In this document: positions 13,001 through 28,600 of the stretch, in pieces | How the letters are laid out: the number at the start of each line of letters is the position of its first letter | Position numbering within the stretch: position 1 is the first letter of the stretch | Assembly: GCF_001194135.2 (NCBI RefSeq) | Contig: NC_068994.1 | Location: 15,233,842-15,297,751, forward strand | DNA length: 63,910 bases | DNA from: Octopus bimaculoides | Taxonomy: Eukaryota | Direction of reading: 5' to 3' | Translations under genes and position numbers: made by a program | Notes under the pieces: model-generated | What the model saw: only the letters and a program-made list of their open reading frames with translations | What the model was told of the DNA's origin: nothing | Databases searched by the model: none

Positions 13001-14666
13001 AATACAAGGGAAGTAACTCACCCAATATTGTAATGTTATTCATATATTATATCAATTTATTACGATGAAATTTTCCTTTCAAAATTATATATAGTTTTAT
13101 CTTTGCTTCCATCAGTGTGATCTGTACAAAATATCTGTAACGTGAATCAGATTAGTAGAAGCATTTAAAATAAGCGGTCGGGGTACTAATAACTGAAATG
13201 CTTTATAGTCAAGTTGTGAGCAGATGAATAAAATATACGCTTTACTAAATCACGTGTATCAACTGCTGAATGATGTGAATTTCCTACATGTAATCCCAGA
13301 AAAAAAGTTTTGATTCATATAAAGGATTATATGTTGTTATAATGGAAGTTTGTAAAAACTAGATCAAGTATCAGGGAATTTGTGAAGATATTTCATTTTC
13401 ATATACAATATTTCTCTAGAAAATTGTATTAGGTGCCTAGGCACTGAATGTTTAGAACACTTTATTGGTTGTATAACGTATTGTGTTCACTTACAGCCAG
13501 CATACATATGCTTATTGTTTATGACATCTTCAAAGGCTGTTGCTATGCACTAGTCTGACAGTTCATGTCAAAATAGTAGCTAAAATGATTTCCTATGTTA
13601 TAGATTATTATTGTGTGTGTGTGTGTGTGTGTTTCAGTCTGCTGGAAATAACAATTATACCTATATAATAAAGATATAAAATTACTTGCATTTCCATTAC
13701 AGACTTCTGTAACACAAAACTTATGTGGTGTAACTTTGTAATCACAGACTTAAGGTTTTGCCTGGTATTAAATGTACTTCACCACTGCTGCACTTTATTG
13801 ATAGTTCTTACATTACCAATTTTAAAAAATATCAAAGAATTATTTAAGTTTGTGTGTGTCTCTTTGTATATTTATTTATTAGATATTTATTAACATTTCT
13901 TCAAACACTGTACATACATGTGTGTAGGTATNNNNNNNNNNNNNNNNNNNNNNNNNNNNNNNNNNNNNNNNNNNNNNNNNNNNNNNNNNNNNNNNNNNNN
14001 NNNNNNNNNNNNNNNNTATATATATATATATATGTGTGTGTGTGTATGTATATTTATGTGTATGTATATATATTTATATATATGTGTATGTATATATATT
14101 TATATATATGTGTATGTATGTATATTTATATATATGTGTATGTATGTATATTTATATATATGTGTATGTATGTATATATATTTATATATATGTATGTATA
14201 TATATTTATATATATGTATGTATATATATTTATATATATATGTATGTATATATATTTATATATATGTATGTATATATATTTATATATATGTATGTATATG
14301 TATGTATGTATATGTATGTATATATATTTATGTATATGTATGTATATATATTTATATATATGTATGTTTATGTATATATTTATATGTATGTTTATGTATA
14401 TATTTATATGTATGTGTATGTATGTATATTTATATATATATGTATGTGTATGTATGTATATATATATATGTATGCGTATATGTATGTGTATGTATGTATA
14501 TATATATATATGTATGTGTATATGTATGTGTATGTATGTATATATATATATATATATGTATGTGTATATGTATGTGTATATATATGTGTATATATATATG
14601 TGTATATATATATATCTGTATGTATGTATGTATGTATATATGTATGTATGTATATGTGTATGTATG

Positions 14667-14740
<74 letters not shown>

Positions 14741-17651
14741 GTATGTATACATACACATGTATGTATATATGTATGTGTATGTTTACATATGTGCATGTGT
14801 ATATACGTATCTGTTTATATATGTATTTGTGAATACATGTGTGAGTGATTTTTAAAATATTTTTGTTGCATTTCTACTGTCCTCTCTCCATTTTTGGCTT
14901 TCTGAATAAGGGAGTTAGACATTGCTGCCTTCAATGTTCATTTTTCCCACTGTAATGTGTGTTCACCTGTGTCTCAGATAAATCTGTGTCTGTGTGTTGT
15001 ATGAATACATCCACATGACAGTCTGCTCACTTTCCATGGACTATCTCCCACTCACTAACCATTGTTCAACTCAAGGCACTTATCAAAAATCTCAGACAGC
15101 TGTTCCTGCTCTTGTATTTATAGATACAGCCTCTTTATTTCCTACATTGTCTGTTCGGTTAACTTCCTTTTTCTGTTTCTTTTTACCCAAAATATTAAAT
15201 TTCTAACATTGAACATAGAAAACATTTATCTGCTTAAAAAAATTGACTGATCTTTAACCCTTTTGCGTTCAAATTAATATGTCAAAAGTAATCCTTATTC
15301 ATTTACATTTTAAAAAAATTTATCTGGTATTATCTTGTAGCTTCAAGATTCGAAAGATGTAATTGTTTATTTTTAGAATGACATTGCAGGGTAGGTGTGA
15401 GATACTGGTTCTGGCCAGTTTAAGCATAAAATGAGCAGAATATGTGGGCCGGATATAGCCGGTTTAAACAGCAAAGGGTTAATGAATCAAATACAATTCC
15501 AGCTACAACAGCATGTAATGAATTGTGGTCAGTTTATGAATTTTAGTTAAGTATTTCAAACCTGCTTTGTCATCATGTGCTCAGATTCTGAGAAACCTTA
15601 TTGAAAAATATGGTCTCTGGTCTCTGAAATTGAGATGTATAAAAGATTTTATTAGAAACACTTGAGATTGTTTGCATGTTTTATTTATTTCAAATTGTGA
15701 AGAAACACTTGTTTTATGCATTAGATTCTTAAAACAATCAGGGTTTTTGTTTTTTTTATTTAGTTAAGCATAAAGTTAGGACACAAAGCAAATGTTATAA
15801 TTAGTTAGTCCACTTAGCATTAACAGAAATATTTAAGAATGTAGTACAGCTTGCATATCTCGAAAGTGTGTCATTTCCCCTCCAAGAATACACTTAAAGC
15901 AACCACTTACAATTTAGACCTACCATTGTTGTTGTTGATTGAGAAGATTTATGTCGAGAAGTCAGTTGGATAGAAGACAGAACTTAAGTTAATTTTCATA
16001 AAGTCAAAATGACAGATAAAGCCATGTATAACAGTTAAAGAAACCTTAAGAGAGTCATTGAAACTCTAGGTCATTGATACATAATGGCTGTGACTAGCAG
16101 CAGAGCTTAACTGAAGTGGCTACTGTCATTTGTCTGTTATTTAATCTATTTAAATTCTAAGCATCCTCTTCTTTTATGTCAAACTAGAAAAGAGCCTTAG
16201 GAATTAATTTCTCCATTTTTTTTTTTTTTTTTTTTTTGCTTTCCAGTGTTTGTTGCTCCTCATCAACAGTATTGCTTTTGATGTCATTTTCATTATTGAT
16301 TTCCATTTTATACACTGTCTGCTTTTGATTCTTAATTTCGCAGGGCCAAGCTCGGATTGCCAATCACATATATAAAAGCTACAGTATGAGTGACTTGTCC
16401 GATGGGTATGGCGAACCTCGATCAAGAAGCAGAATTGGATCGATTCCTGAAAACGATGAAGATGAAGATGAATTAGGTAAGAAGAGTTCATTAAAAACAA
16501 TTTTGGAATTTTTATTTGTGCTAAGCCTTTTTATATGTGTGAATGTTGCCAAATCATTCTGCTATTTTAAATATTTCTCTTTGTGTATGGCATTTATCAT
16601 CCATTTATTGAAATTGTGATCAGAAAGGAAATAAGAACAACCGTGTAGCCTTGGGTACATAATCCTCACAGCTGTAATGGTTTAAAAAGCAAAAGCAATA
16701 TAAAAAAGAAAAAAAATACTTATGTAACCTTTAGGGTGATGCTGGAAGTAATAAATTCAAGCTGTAAATCTGTAGTATAAAGTTAGCCTAAATAGAAATA
16801 TTGCCAATTTATAAGCATTATATGAATTTTAAAAGAAAAAATACATGGGAAGGACAGCCATACTACATAGTTTGTGGCAAAGTTAGCTAATGTTAATTTA
16901 AAATTAAAAACAAAAATAGTTTGGACCTTGAGCATTCTGAAGCAGCTACTTATATATTAGTTAGGCAATAATATTCCTGTGACTTGTTTTTTTTTTTAAT
17001 ATTATTTTATTGTTGTCCTTCATATATTCAAATTATTTTTTTAGCTAATGCTTTTTATAAGACGAATAAAATCAACTCGAATGAAACCAACCATTTCAAA
17101 TCCTCAACATCTGAGAACTGTTCCAACATGAACTTTTTTTTTACTTTCCATCAAACATTTTCTTCAAATCCGCAGCAACGTTTGTTCCCTACTCAGTTTT
17201 CAGATTATTGCTCTACATTAATTCTGTCATTTCATTTTGATATTCTGTTTCTAATTTCAATATGAAACACTTTATGCTCGACTCCCTACAACTGCCTTGT
17301 ATTGTACAGAAAACTTCTGGCTTGTTTTTCAGTCACACCAAAATCTGCTAGTAGTAAGTGATTTGTCTGTTACTGTTTGCTTTATTCTTTTCTTTTTTTT
17401 TTTAATATATTATTATATACATTTTAAGTATTTCTGTCTCAATTTCTTTAATTATTTTTAAAACTAATTATTTTGGTGTTCTCATCACATTCTTCAATTA
17501 CCAGCTAGTTTTCTATTTTTGGTTTTAATCTCTTTGTTCTATTTATTTCTCTACTTAGTTTTTTTCAATCTGAAGCTAACATTGATATTACCCAATGACT
17601 CAAACGATACTGTTCTGCCATACAGTACTTATTTCTCTGAGAAATATGCCT

Positions 17652-17694
<43 letters not shown>

Positions 17695-17900
17695 NNNNNN
17701 NNNNCTCTTTTACTTGTTTCAGTCATTTGACTGTGGCCATGCTGGAGCACCGCCTTTAGTCGAGAAAATCGACCCCAGGACTTATTCTTTGTAAGCCTAA
17801 TACTTATTCTATCGGTCTCTTTTTGCCGAACCGCTAAGTTACGGGGACGTAAACACACCAGCATCAGTTGTCAAGCAATGGTGGGGGGACAAACACACAT

Positions 17901-17934
<34 letters not shown>

Positions 17935-19818
17935 GACGGGCTTCTTTCAGTTTCCGTCTACCAAATCCACTCACAAGGCTTTGGTCGGCCCGAGGCTATA
18001 GTAGAAGACACTTGCCCAAGGTGCCATGCAGTGGGACTGAACCCGGAACCATGTGGTTGGTAAGCAAGCTACTTACCACACAGCCACTCCTGCACCTTTA
18101 TGTATAAAAAATATATTTATGTATATAAAAATATATATTTATGTATAAAAAATATACATAAATTTTGATGATTGTATGTGTGGAAAGATGAAGGCAAACT
18201 CACCATTGTTATGGAGGGTAAGAAAATGAATGGAAGTACTATTATGAAAGGCTGCTGCATATGGAGAATGCATGGATTAAAAACGGACTATCTTATGCTG
18301 ACATTACAAAGGGGCCAGCAATTTAAGTTGACAGTAGCATGGTATAAAAAACAGTTAAGGACGTGAAGAAAGGGAAGCTGTGGATCCACCATGGAGGGTT
18401 GTAGACACTCGAAATATCTAGTACAATAGGATATTTAATTACCACCATGATAATTCATCAAGTTATACAGGAAAGTGTCATACACAATGACTGGCATAGC
18501 AGTATCATCATAAATTGCTAGAAAGGCAAAGGATATTTAAAGCGAAATGGAGCTTGCAGAAGAGGTATACCAACAAAGACATGGGAAAAAGTGAAGGTTG
18601 GTCTCAGGGCATTGGACCTCACAGAGGAGATGATGAAGGTCTAGGGTGACCAGTGATATGAAGTTTTCAAGAAGACCTGCCTATCTCAATGCAAATTTGT
18701 GCGTGCGCATGTATGCACAACAGACAATCCATCCAATTTCCTCCTCAAGACATTCTCAATACCCATCATCTCTTTCACTCAATACTCTTTTGCTGCTGTA
18801 ATTCAGTGTGAGCAGATCGGCATATTTCATTTGCTTTTCCTTGATACCATTTACTCCTCAAAACCATTTTACTTTTTCGCCATCTTTTATGCTTAATACT
18901 GTCCTCTCTATCTATATTTTACATTGGTCACTCTCTTGGGCCATCAAATTATCTCTTTTCCACCATCATTCATTATCTCAGCTCCACAGTCTTTCAACTT
19001 CTCCAGTCACATGTCATTTCTCCCATCCCGTTTCTTTATTCCCCTGCCGGTTGTATCATGATTATTACTATTCTGCTGCTCTTCACCAAGCCACACCCAT
19101 CCTTTCCTGCATTATCATCTCCACTCTCTTACCCTCCCCCAACTCATGTATCATTGGTTACTCCCTCACACCTTCTTCAAGCCAACCCATTTTTCTACAG
19201 TTGTTACCTACTCTTCCCTGCCCTTAAAACTCAATTCTTTATAATATTCACCCTTGCATCTTTTCTCTATCTGTAACCATCTCTCACTCTCCCATGCACT
19301 CTTACAACCTCTACCCACACACACTTCCAGTTCTCCTATCTCAACTCACTTCTACTCACCTTGTATCTTGAGGGTGCTACCTCACTCTGCATTTCCACTT
19401 TTTAAATCTCTTTGCTGTTCCATCCCAGTCACTCTCACCCTCTCTTTTATAAAGTGAATAGCTGTGAGCTCCTCTGCAGCAGGAGATATATTCCATTCTG
19501 AACCTTTCTCATTTTAATCTCTCTCCCCATATAAAAAAACTGCCTCCTTCTCTATTGTAGCTCTACTGAATTAAAAGGGCTTCTTAGACTTGCAGGGTGC
19601 GTAGAAACTTCACTAGTGTTGCTGGTGCAATAAAAATGTACTTCCACATACAGGCACAGGTATGGCTGTGTGGCAAGAAGCTTGCTTCTCAACCACATGG
19701 TCCCAGTTTCAGTCCCACTGCCTGGCAACCTATTGTAGTCACAGGCCAACCAAAGCCTTGTGAGTGGATTTAGTAGACAGAAACTGAAAGAAGCCTGTTG
19801 TGTGTGTGTGTGTGTGTG

Positions 19819-19867
<49 letters not shown>

Positions 19868-22599
19868 ACCTTCCACATACAAAAGTTAGGTTACCTGTTA
19901 ACCTTCCTCTGATGTTGCTGCACCTTTTATGTGTCCAAAACTTACACTGAATGCATTTAATGGAGTTTCTACCTACACCTTTTCTACAGATTCAATAGGG
20001 CTGTTTACCTGAATGGATTTGTGATTTATCTGCCTTCCTACTTACTAAGACTTTGGTTTTTGCTAGGTTAATGCTAGACTTTACTTCCATACCTGGAACT
20101 TCTTTAGTTCAGGTAGTGATTCAGCTATAAGAGCAAGGTCATCAGCATAGAGGAGCTCCCAGACGCAGCCTGTCTTGAATTCCTCTGTTATTGCCTGGAG
20201 GACTATGATGAACAAGAGGAGGTTGAGGACCGATCGTTGGTGAACCCCTACTTGTACCCTGAATTCTTCACTATATTTGTTGCCCACCCTCACTTTATCA
20301 GTAGTGTCCCTGTACAAGGCTTGTATAGCTCTTACCAACCACTCATCTATCCCTAGTTTTCGTATAGACCAGCAGATAAGTGATCAGAGGACCCTATCAA
20401 AAGCTTTCTCCAAGTCAGCAAACGCCAAGTACAGAGGTTTCTCTTTGGCTAGGTATTTCTTCAGAAATATAGCATCGGTGATGCTTCTCCCTGGCACAAA
20501 ACCAAACTGCATCTCATCTAGACTAACTCTCTCTATATATTAATGTTTGTGTATATATGTAATATATGTAAGTATATATATGTGTGTGTATATGTGTATG
20601 TATATATGTGTGTATGCATGTGTGAATATATGTATGTATGTGTGTGTGTATATATATGTATATAGATAAATATGCGTATATATAAATATAGTGTAATAAA
20701 GAGATAGATGTTATATAAACATAATCATAAATATAACAACCAAAACAAAAGTACTCCTAGATAATTCTTTACACGTTTCAAAAAATTTAGCAACTGGCTG
20801 ATGTGATAATGTGTATTATGCAAATGACTGTGCATATTGAGTTAGTAATACACATTAAACAAATAGAAAAAGACTTTGAACCCCAAAATTTTCCCTTCAG
20901 ATGTTGAAAGAGGTATGGCAGAATGTGATTTATCTAACACACTTGTTTTTAAGAGTATGGCACCATCAATAAATGATGGAAGAAATGCCAGTTAGTGACG
21001 ATGTTTTATAAATAGTGATAGTAGCAGAAGTGGGTGAGGGTGAGTAGAGGCGAGAAAATTATAGGAAAATGAAAGAACAAGGAAAAAAAGCAAACACATC
21101 CAGAACAGAGAAGAAAGGGTAAGTGATGATCAGTTATAAAGAATCAGACTAATTGAAACATGTCATAAATCAAAATTTGGAGAAGACGAAATCAAGGCAT
21201 GAAAGAAAGAAAAACAATTTAGGCTCCACTTCTAAGTGAGTGGCAGAACAGTTTTCGGTGGCCTAAATACACTATAAGTATTCATGAGTATAGACTATGC
21301 AGAGCAGGAGGCATGGTAAAAAATGTCAAGAATTAAATAATGAAGAGAAAAATAAAACTAATGTTTTTTTTTGTTTTTTTTTATTCCTCTTTGGTCCAGT
21401 AAGTGTTATTTTCTTTTTGTTTCTACCTAGAAATCAAAGGAAATGATTATTACTCCCTTCAAACTTTGCTTTTATTACCTGGAAGTTATTTGAAAACGAC
21501 CTGTTTTCCGTTACATTTCAGACAGACTCAGTGTTGAGTTGCAGAAGCAGAAATATTGTTAAAGCAAATATTCTGCTCATTACCACAGATTTGCTTGTCT
21601 GTTGCTAGAACATGTCCTTTAGTGGCTGACAGTATGTGCATTTCTGATTATGAGCAGAAGTGGTGGGTGAGCATCATAGCCATGTGTTGAAAGGGATTCT
21701 TTGGAGTTTGAATAAATGTAAAAAAAAAAAATTTAAAAAAAAAAAAAAAAAAAGCAAAGTTCGAAGGAAACATTAACCATTTCTCATACTTTCTAAGAGT
21801 AAGCAAATAAGAAGTAACAGTTGCTACAAAAACTGTATTACACATCGTAATAGAATAGGATGAAAAAAAATGAAGGAAAAGAAAAAGAAAGGTAAAAGAA
21901 GAAATATATATAGAGTGCTAAACCATGAAAGTTATAGGACAATAGATATAAAATATAATTTACAATTTATGAAGACTTAAGGTACCATAGGTATAAAGGT
22001 ATGATATTACTCTAATTATAAGAAAAACAGCTGAAGAAGGATATCCAAGAACCTAAGATGAGGGTATTCGGTTAAAATATAGATGATAGCTATCTAATGG
22101 TGTTGGAGTATATTGATCTATAGTAAAAACATTTTGGAAAAGCAATGTCTGCAGGATGTGATTGTGTCCTGCTGTCTTAGAAAATTCAACTTTCCATTAT
22201 ATCTCCATAATATTTCCAGAGATTCCCTGCTGCACAAATTGCATGTAGTTCAACTATCTTCCAGTTTGTTAGAATAGACTAGATAATCTCATAAGAAATG
22301 TTCTTAGTCCTTAGGTGATGGACATAATTTGCTCATGCAATGGGTGATTTTAAATTTAATATTAGAAAATGAACTAAGAAGCATCTTTTCAAATCAGTGA
22401 ACAATCCAGTATATACTTTAGTCAAATTCAAGTGCTTAGTATAAACAATGCTTCTGTTGTGTTGTTAGTAATGAACTCTCAGAGGACAATTGTTGGGTAT
22501 TCTACAATTATTATTTGTATCACATGATAAATAACCATTAACAATTGTCTTTTTTATTAATATTCCAATTTATCATACTATTATTAATAATACTATCAA

Positions 22600-22635
<36 letters not shown>

Positions 22636-25600
22636 TAAGGTGGTGAGCTGGCAGAATCATTAGCGTGCTGGACAAAATGCATGGCCGTATTTCACCCATC
22701 GCTACGTTCTGGGTTCAAATTCCGCTGAGGTCGACTTTACCTTTCATCCTTTCGGGGTCAAACACTGGGATTGATGTAATCGACTCATTCCCACCTCCCA
22801 CAAGCTGCCTTTGTGGCAAAAATGAAATTATTATTATTATTACTATTAACAAGTATATGATTATCTACAATCACTTTATTATTGGAACAACTATAATTAC
22901 TATAATTATAATTTTTATTAATATTATTTAGCATTAGTAGTGTTAATGCTAATGTCACTGTAATTCTGAGGTAATTTTTAAATTTTTATTTCTAATTTTA
23001 CCTTCAACTTCAGTCACATTATCATTATCATCATCATCATCAAAATTAGTAACAAAGATAACGAGCTTGGAGAATCGCCGGAGATAATGCTTAGCAATAT
23101 TTCATCCATCTTTACATTCTGAGTTCAAAATCCATTGAAGCTGACTTTGCCTTTCATCCGTTTGGAGTCAATGAAATAAGTACTAATTGAGCACTAGGGT
23201 CAATGCAGTTGACAAGCCCTTTCTTAATTGCTGGCTTTGTGTTTACTATAGTAGAGAGGATTATTATTACAACAATTATTATACTCAGTGTTAGAACTTA
23301 CTATTATAAGCTACTCCAGGGTAGTTACGGATAAGGCCTAGTTTCTGTCAGTTATAGAACCAAGATTAGGTGTAGTTGAGTAAGAGAACCTCATAGTGGA
23401 AGTATTAAGTATGGAGTAGTTCTTATCTTGAATGGGGAGAAATTAGACTTTAGAATATTAACGAAAAGTTTAGGCAGAGATTTAACTAGTAACCAAGATG
23501 GCAGTTTCAGCTATAGACCTTCTTGGCTCCTACTGTCATCCAGAATGCTTTAGTTGGATAGAATCAACCACAGTAAGAGAAGTTTCTGACTCATCTGTGC
23601 TGTGTATACAGAGATAATCTCATGCAAAACCAGGGGCGAATCATAGGTATTTGAAGTATGCTTAGCAAGGGAGAAACTTATTTTACATTACAGAGTGCTC
23701 TGTAAGAAATTTTATCAGAGAAACCACTAGCTAAGTGGAGCCTAGTTATATATATTATTGAAGATATCTTCATTTGTGAATAGATTGCAAATTCTAATGG
23801 AAACACTTTTAACAACATTATTTAGGACAGATCTATGATGGTTAAATTTAACATTAGTATATTGGAAGCCTTCATTAGTTTCATGAAAGAGAAAATATCA
23901 GCTTGAATTTAAATCTAAATCCATGTCTAAGCAATGAAGCTGTTTTGAAAGTATTATTGAAGGTAATGGATAAATTGATTTTACTAAAACAATTATATAA
24001 AGCTTTTCAGGTACATGCAAGGCTAGATTTGGAATGACCAATAGCAACTAGCAATGCTTTAGTTTTATAAAAATATGAGTGTAGTTTGTATAGAAGAGAA
24101 AGACTAACTAGTGTCTTTTTACCTATTTGAGATATATATATATATATATATATATAAGTCAGTAAATAGTGGGGTTGTGTTAACCGCACGTGGAGAAATA
24201 ATAGGAAAATGAAAAATAAGAAGAAGGCAGAATGCTAAACTGAAAGCATATTTTAATATAGATGTGTAAAAAGGATTTCTGACCGGCTTTCACTGCATGG
24301 CAAATTTTCAAGAAGAGGGAGAATGAAAATGTTTTTTTACAAAAAAGTAAAAAATAATATATAAAAAAATAAATATACCAATACATTATATTGTCTTGGA
24401 GCTTTTAAAGTTCAATGGTAATCCATGTAGATAATAGNNNNNNNNNNNNNNNNNNNNNNNNNNNNNNNNNNNNNNNNNNNNNNNNNNNNNNNNNNNNNNN
24501 NNNNNNNNNNNNNNNNNNNNNNNNNNNNNNNNNNNNNNNNNNNNNNNNNNNNNNNNNNNNNNNNNNNNNNNNNNNNNNNNNNNNNNNNNNNNNNNNNNNN
24601 NNNNNNNNNNNNNNNNNNNNNNNNNNNNNNNNNNNNNNNNNNNNNNNNNNNNNNNNNNNNNNNNNNNNNNNNNNNNNNNNNNNNNNNNNNNNNNNNNNNN
24701 NNNNNNNNNNNNNNNNNNNNNNNNNNNNNNNNNNNNNNNNNNNNNNNNNNNNNNNNNNNNNNNNNNNNNNNNNNNNNNNNNNNNNNNNNNNNNNNNNNNN
24801 NNNNNNNNNNNNNNNNNNNNNNNNNNNNNNNNNNNNNNNNNNNNNNNNNNNNNNNNNNNNNNNNNNNNNNNNNNNNNNNNNNNNNNNNNNNNNNNNNNNN
24901 NNNNNNNNNNNNNNNNNNNNNNNNNNNNNNNNNNNNNNNNNNNNNNNNNNNNNNNNNNNNNNNNNNNNNNNNNNNNNNNNNNNNNNNNNNNNNNNNNNNN
25001 NNNNNNNNNNNNNNNNNNNNNNNNNNNNNNNNNNNNNNNNNNNNNNNNNNNNNNNNNNNNNNNNNNNNNNNNNNNNNNNNNNNNNNNNNNNNNNNNNNNN
25101 NNNNNNNNNNNNNNNNNNNNNNNNNNNNNNNNNNNNNNNNNNNNNNNNNNNNNNNNNNNNNNNNNNNNNNNNNNNNNNNNNNNNNNNNNNNNNNNNNNNN
25201 NNNNNNNNNNNNNNNNNNNNNNNNNNNNNNNNNNNNNNNNNNNNNNNNNNNNNNNNNNNNNNNNNNNNNNNNNNNNNNNNNNNNNNNNNNNNNNNNNNNN
25301 NNNNNNNNNNNNNNNNNNNNNNNNNNNNNNNNNNNNNNNNNNNNNNNNNNNNNNNNNNNNNNNNNNNNNNNNNNNNNNNNNNNNNNNNNNNNNNNNNNNN
25401 NNNNNNNTATACATACATATACATACACACACACACGCACGCACATACATATATTTATACATGTGTATGTATGCCTTTGTGTGTGTGTGCCCAAATGTTC
25501 CTAAACAAACAAAAATTCTTGAAAAACTTGTTATGACCAAGGCAAAAGAAATCTCAATGAGAATGAAGACCAAAAGAAAAAAGCATTCTGTTTGTAGTTA

Positions 25601-28600
25601 CCCATAATCTTAGAAACCATACCGTCTTATATTCAACCTGACCATACCTTCCCCTTCTATAGCAGCCATCAAATCTCAGAAAAATAATTTAAAGAATCAC
25701 AAATTAACAGTCAAATGTGGAAAGACTCTTAACAAAGGCACAATCCACATCAGAAGAAATATTTCAGGTAACAAAATGTGGAGACTTCTTTGTGGGATGT
25801 GTGAATTAATGGAAAAGGGCAAAACCAAAAACATTCGTGAATGGGAAAGAATTGTAGGTTAATGCACATATGAATTGCAAAACAAAACAAAAAAATCCTC
25901 ATTTACTGCATCACATGCTCACAATGCAATGAGAATTATATTGAGCAAACAGGATCAGAATTAATGCATTGTGTTAGGATACATACACAACAAATCAGAT
26001 TCATCTCTTAGAAATGTTTCATACAGAGAACATTCTAGACATTTGTGCAAATGGAAAATTGAAAATATTACCTTTTCTCAAAATAAAGGAAGAACAAATT
26101 CAACTGTGAAAGGCAAAAGAAGAATATTGTATAATAATTTAAAATCCAAAACTAGATCAGAAACGGTCAATACCTCTACTAAAAATAACTACCTCTGTAT
26201 GGATCACCTTACAACAGTTTGAAGTGGTTGTTTAATGTGTGAGTGTGTGTGTGTGTTATTAAGAGAAATTATTGTCTTTATTTTCTTAGTGCAGCTTTAA
26301 AAATTGTCATTGCACTATTTCTGTTATACTTATGCAATATTAAAGGAAACTGTCTCATTGCTGAAGAAAGTAAATACCAAATAGTTAAAAAAAAAAAAAA
26401 CTGTGGTCAACTGAAAGAGTGAAACAACAGTATTAAAGTTATATTTGGTAGGGTAACTTAATATAGTGAGTTGAATGGCTTCAGTCAACTTATGTTATTG
26501 AAGCAGTTAGTAGATGAAAAAAAAGTCTACCTCTAGCAGTGTTACTGTAAAATCAATGGGCAAGAAAGATTATTCTCATAAAATCAACCAATTTTGGAAT
26601 TTTGGAAAATATATGCAATGTAGATGGGAATGGAAACAAAGGTCACAGTTTGGTCTTGTACCTGTTCAATGAAGAATTTTCTACTTAGTTGGCATGATTA
26701 AGGATGATGAATATGTTTAGAAATAGGAGCAATGTAATGACATTGATTATGAAAGAAAATGTAACTGAGAGAAAATACTTCCAAGGAGCATGCCACTTAC
26801 CTGCTACAAATATGTCAGACATTCGAGCGAGATCGTGCCAGTGCCACTGGACTGGCTCCTGTGCAGGTTGCACGTAAAATACACTATTTTGAGCGTGGCC
26901 GTTGCCAGTACCTCCTGACTGGCCTTCGTGCCGGTGGCACGTAAAGGCACCCACTACACTCTCTGAATGGTTGACGTTAGGAAGGGCATCTAGCTGTAGA
27001 AACTCTACCAAATCAGATTGGAGCCTGGTGTAGCCATCTGGTTTCACCAGTCCTCAGTCAAATCGTCCAACCCATGCTAGCATGGAAAGCGGACGTTAAA
27101 CGATGATGATGATGATGATGATGAGTGAGTTGAAAAACTTTCACTAACTGAAATTATTCATGCAATTGAATAAATCTCCCTCTAAAAGCAACAAGTGAAG
27201 AAGACAAATCCAATATGATCAGCCTACTGAAATGTCAGGAAAATCTACTCTATGCAGGTAGCTGTAGATCTTGTCTTCTCTGTGATTTGAAAATCTCCCT
27301 CACTTTTACGTTAATCACTAATCTTTTGTTGACTTTACCAGATCTGTGTAGGTATTACCTAAGAAATGTTTCTTTCTTTGTTTCCAGTGTTGGGTCTCTT
27401 TACATTAGTGTTTACTTGGTCCACTTACTATATCTGACATTTTCACCTTGGTTTTCCTTCTCAACTGTTTCTCCTTAAAATACTTGTCCTAAATTGCATG
27501 TAGTAACCTATTTTTTCTTGGGTTTCTCTTTGGAATTCTTTTATTTCTAGTCTCTAGTTATTTTGGGGGTTTTTTTTCCCTTATAATTTCAAATTAATAA
27601 AAAGTTTTCTTAAAACTTTACTCATTAAATTTCGTTCTTTAGGCTATCATAAAGCCTATAGATTGAAAATGGGTCATATTAATCATATGTTCTTCTTTGG
27701 TGTTCATTTTATTCATCAATAACTTAGAACAGTTATTTGAAATAGTAACAAATATGATGTGTGTGTGAGTGTATGTGTGCGTGAACAGCATGCTCTTGGT
27801 TTCCTAATTTTGAAATTTTAAAATCATATCTTTAAGCTAACATCCTCTACTAGGCAGTAGACTCATCTTCGTGCCTACTTAATTCATATTTTGTTGTTAA
27901 ATCATAACTCAATGTTAATTGTTAAGACATTTTATTATTTGTAATCTTGAAAGTAAAATAACTTATATGATTTTCTAGAGTTTGTTTTCCTTGTTATCAT
28001 CAAACAGAATTTCAATTCTAATCTGATCTTTATTCTTGCGAATCAAATGTTTTAAATTACTGTCATATACTTGATACACTAGAAAGCATATTTGAAATAT
28101 TTGGTTAAGAGAAACTTCAGAATCATACACATATTATAATCACTGAACCTAACACCGAGCATCTTTCTATGTGGGTGTGCACATACACTTGTACACAGTC
28201 AAGTAATATATATGGCTATAGTGTACCTTTTTGTTTTGTTTTTTACCCACTTTTTTTTTTTCTTATTATATATCAAAATTTTATTGATTTCTTTTGTGTA
28301 GATTTACTGTAGAAGTTGAAACATTCTTATCATCACTGTCAAACTATCAGCTCACATTATCTCCAGCAAAGCATAACCTCTATTGTACTTAAATAAAGGT
28401 CATTTTAACTTAGGCTTGAATTGTATGTAGTTTGGAGAACTTTCTCTTATAGATTTTAATTTTTTTTTTTTTTTTTTTTTTNNNNNNNNNNNNNNNNNNN
28501 NNNNNNNNNNNNNNNNNNNNNNNNNNNNNNNNNNNNNNNNNNNNNNNNNNNNNNNNNNNNNNNNNNNNNNNNNNNNNNNNNNNNNNNNNNNNNNNNNNNN

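Noticed and set aside
27189-27257. Possible symmetric 69-nt cassette exon (A)[22 protein letters not shown]
   Set aside because: Frame-compatible, but the acceptor (ctctaaaag) and donor (gtagct) are weak and there is no homology support.
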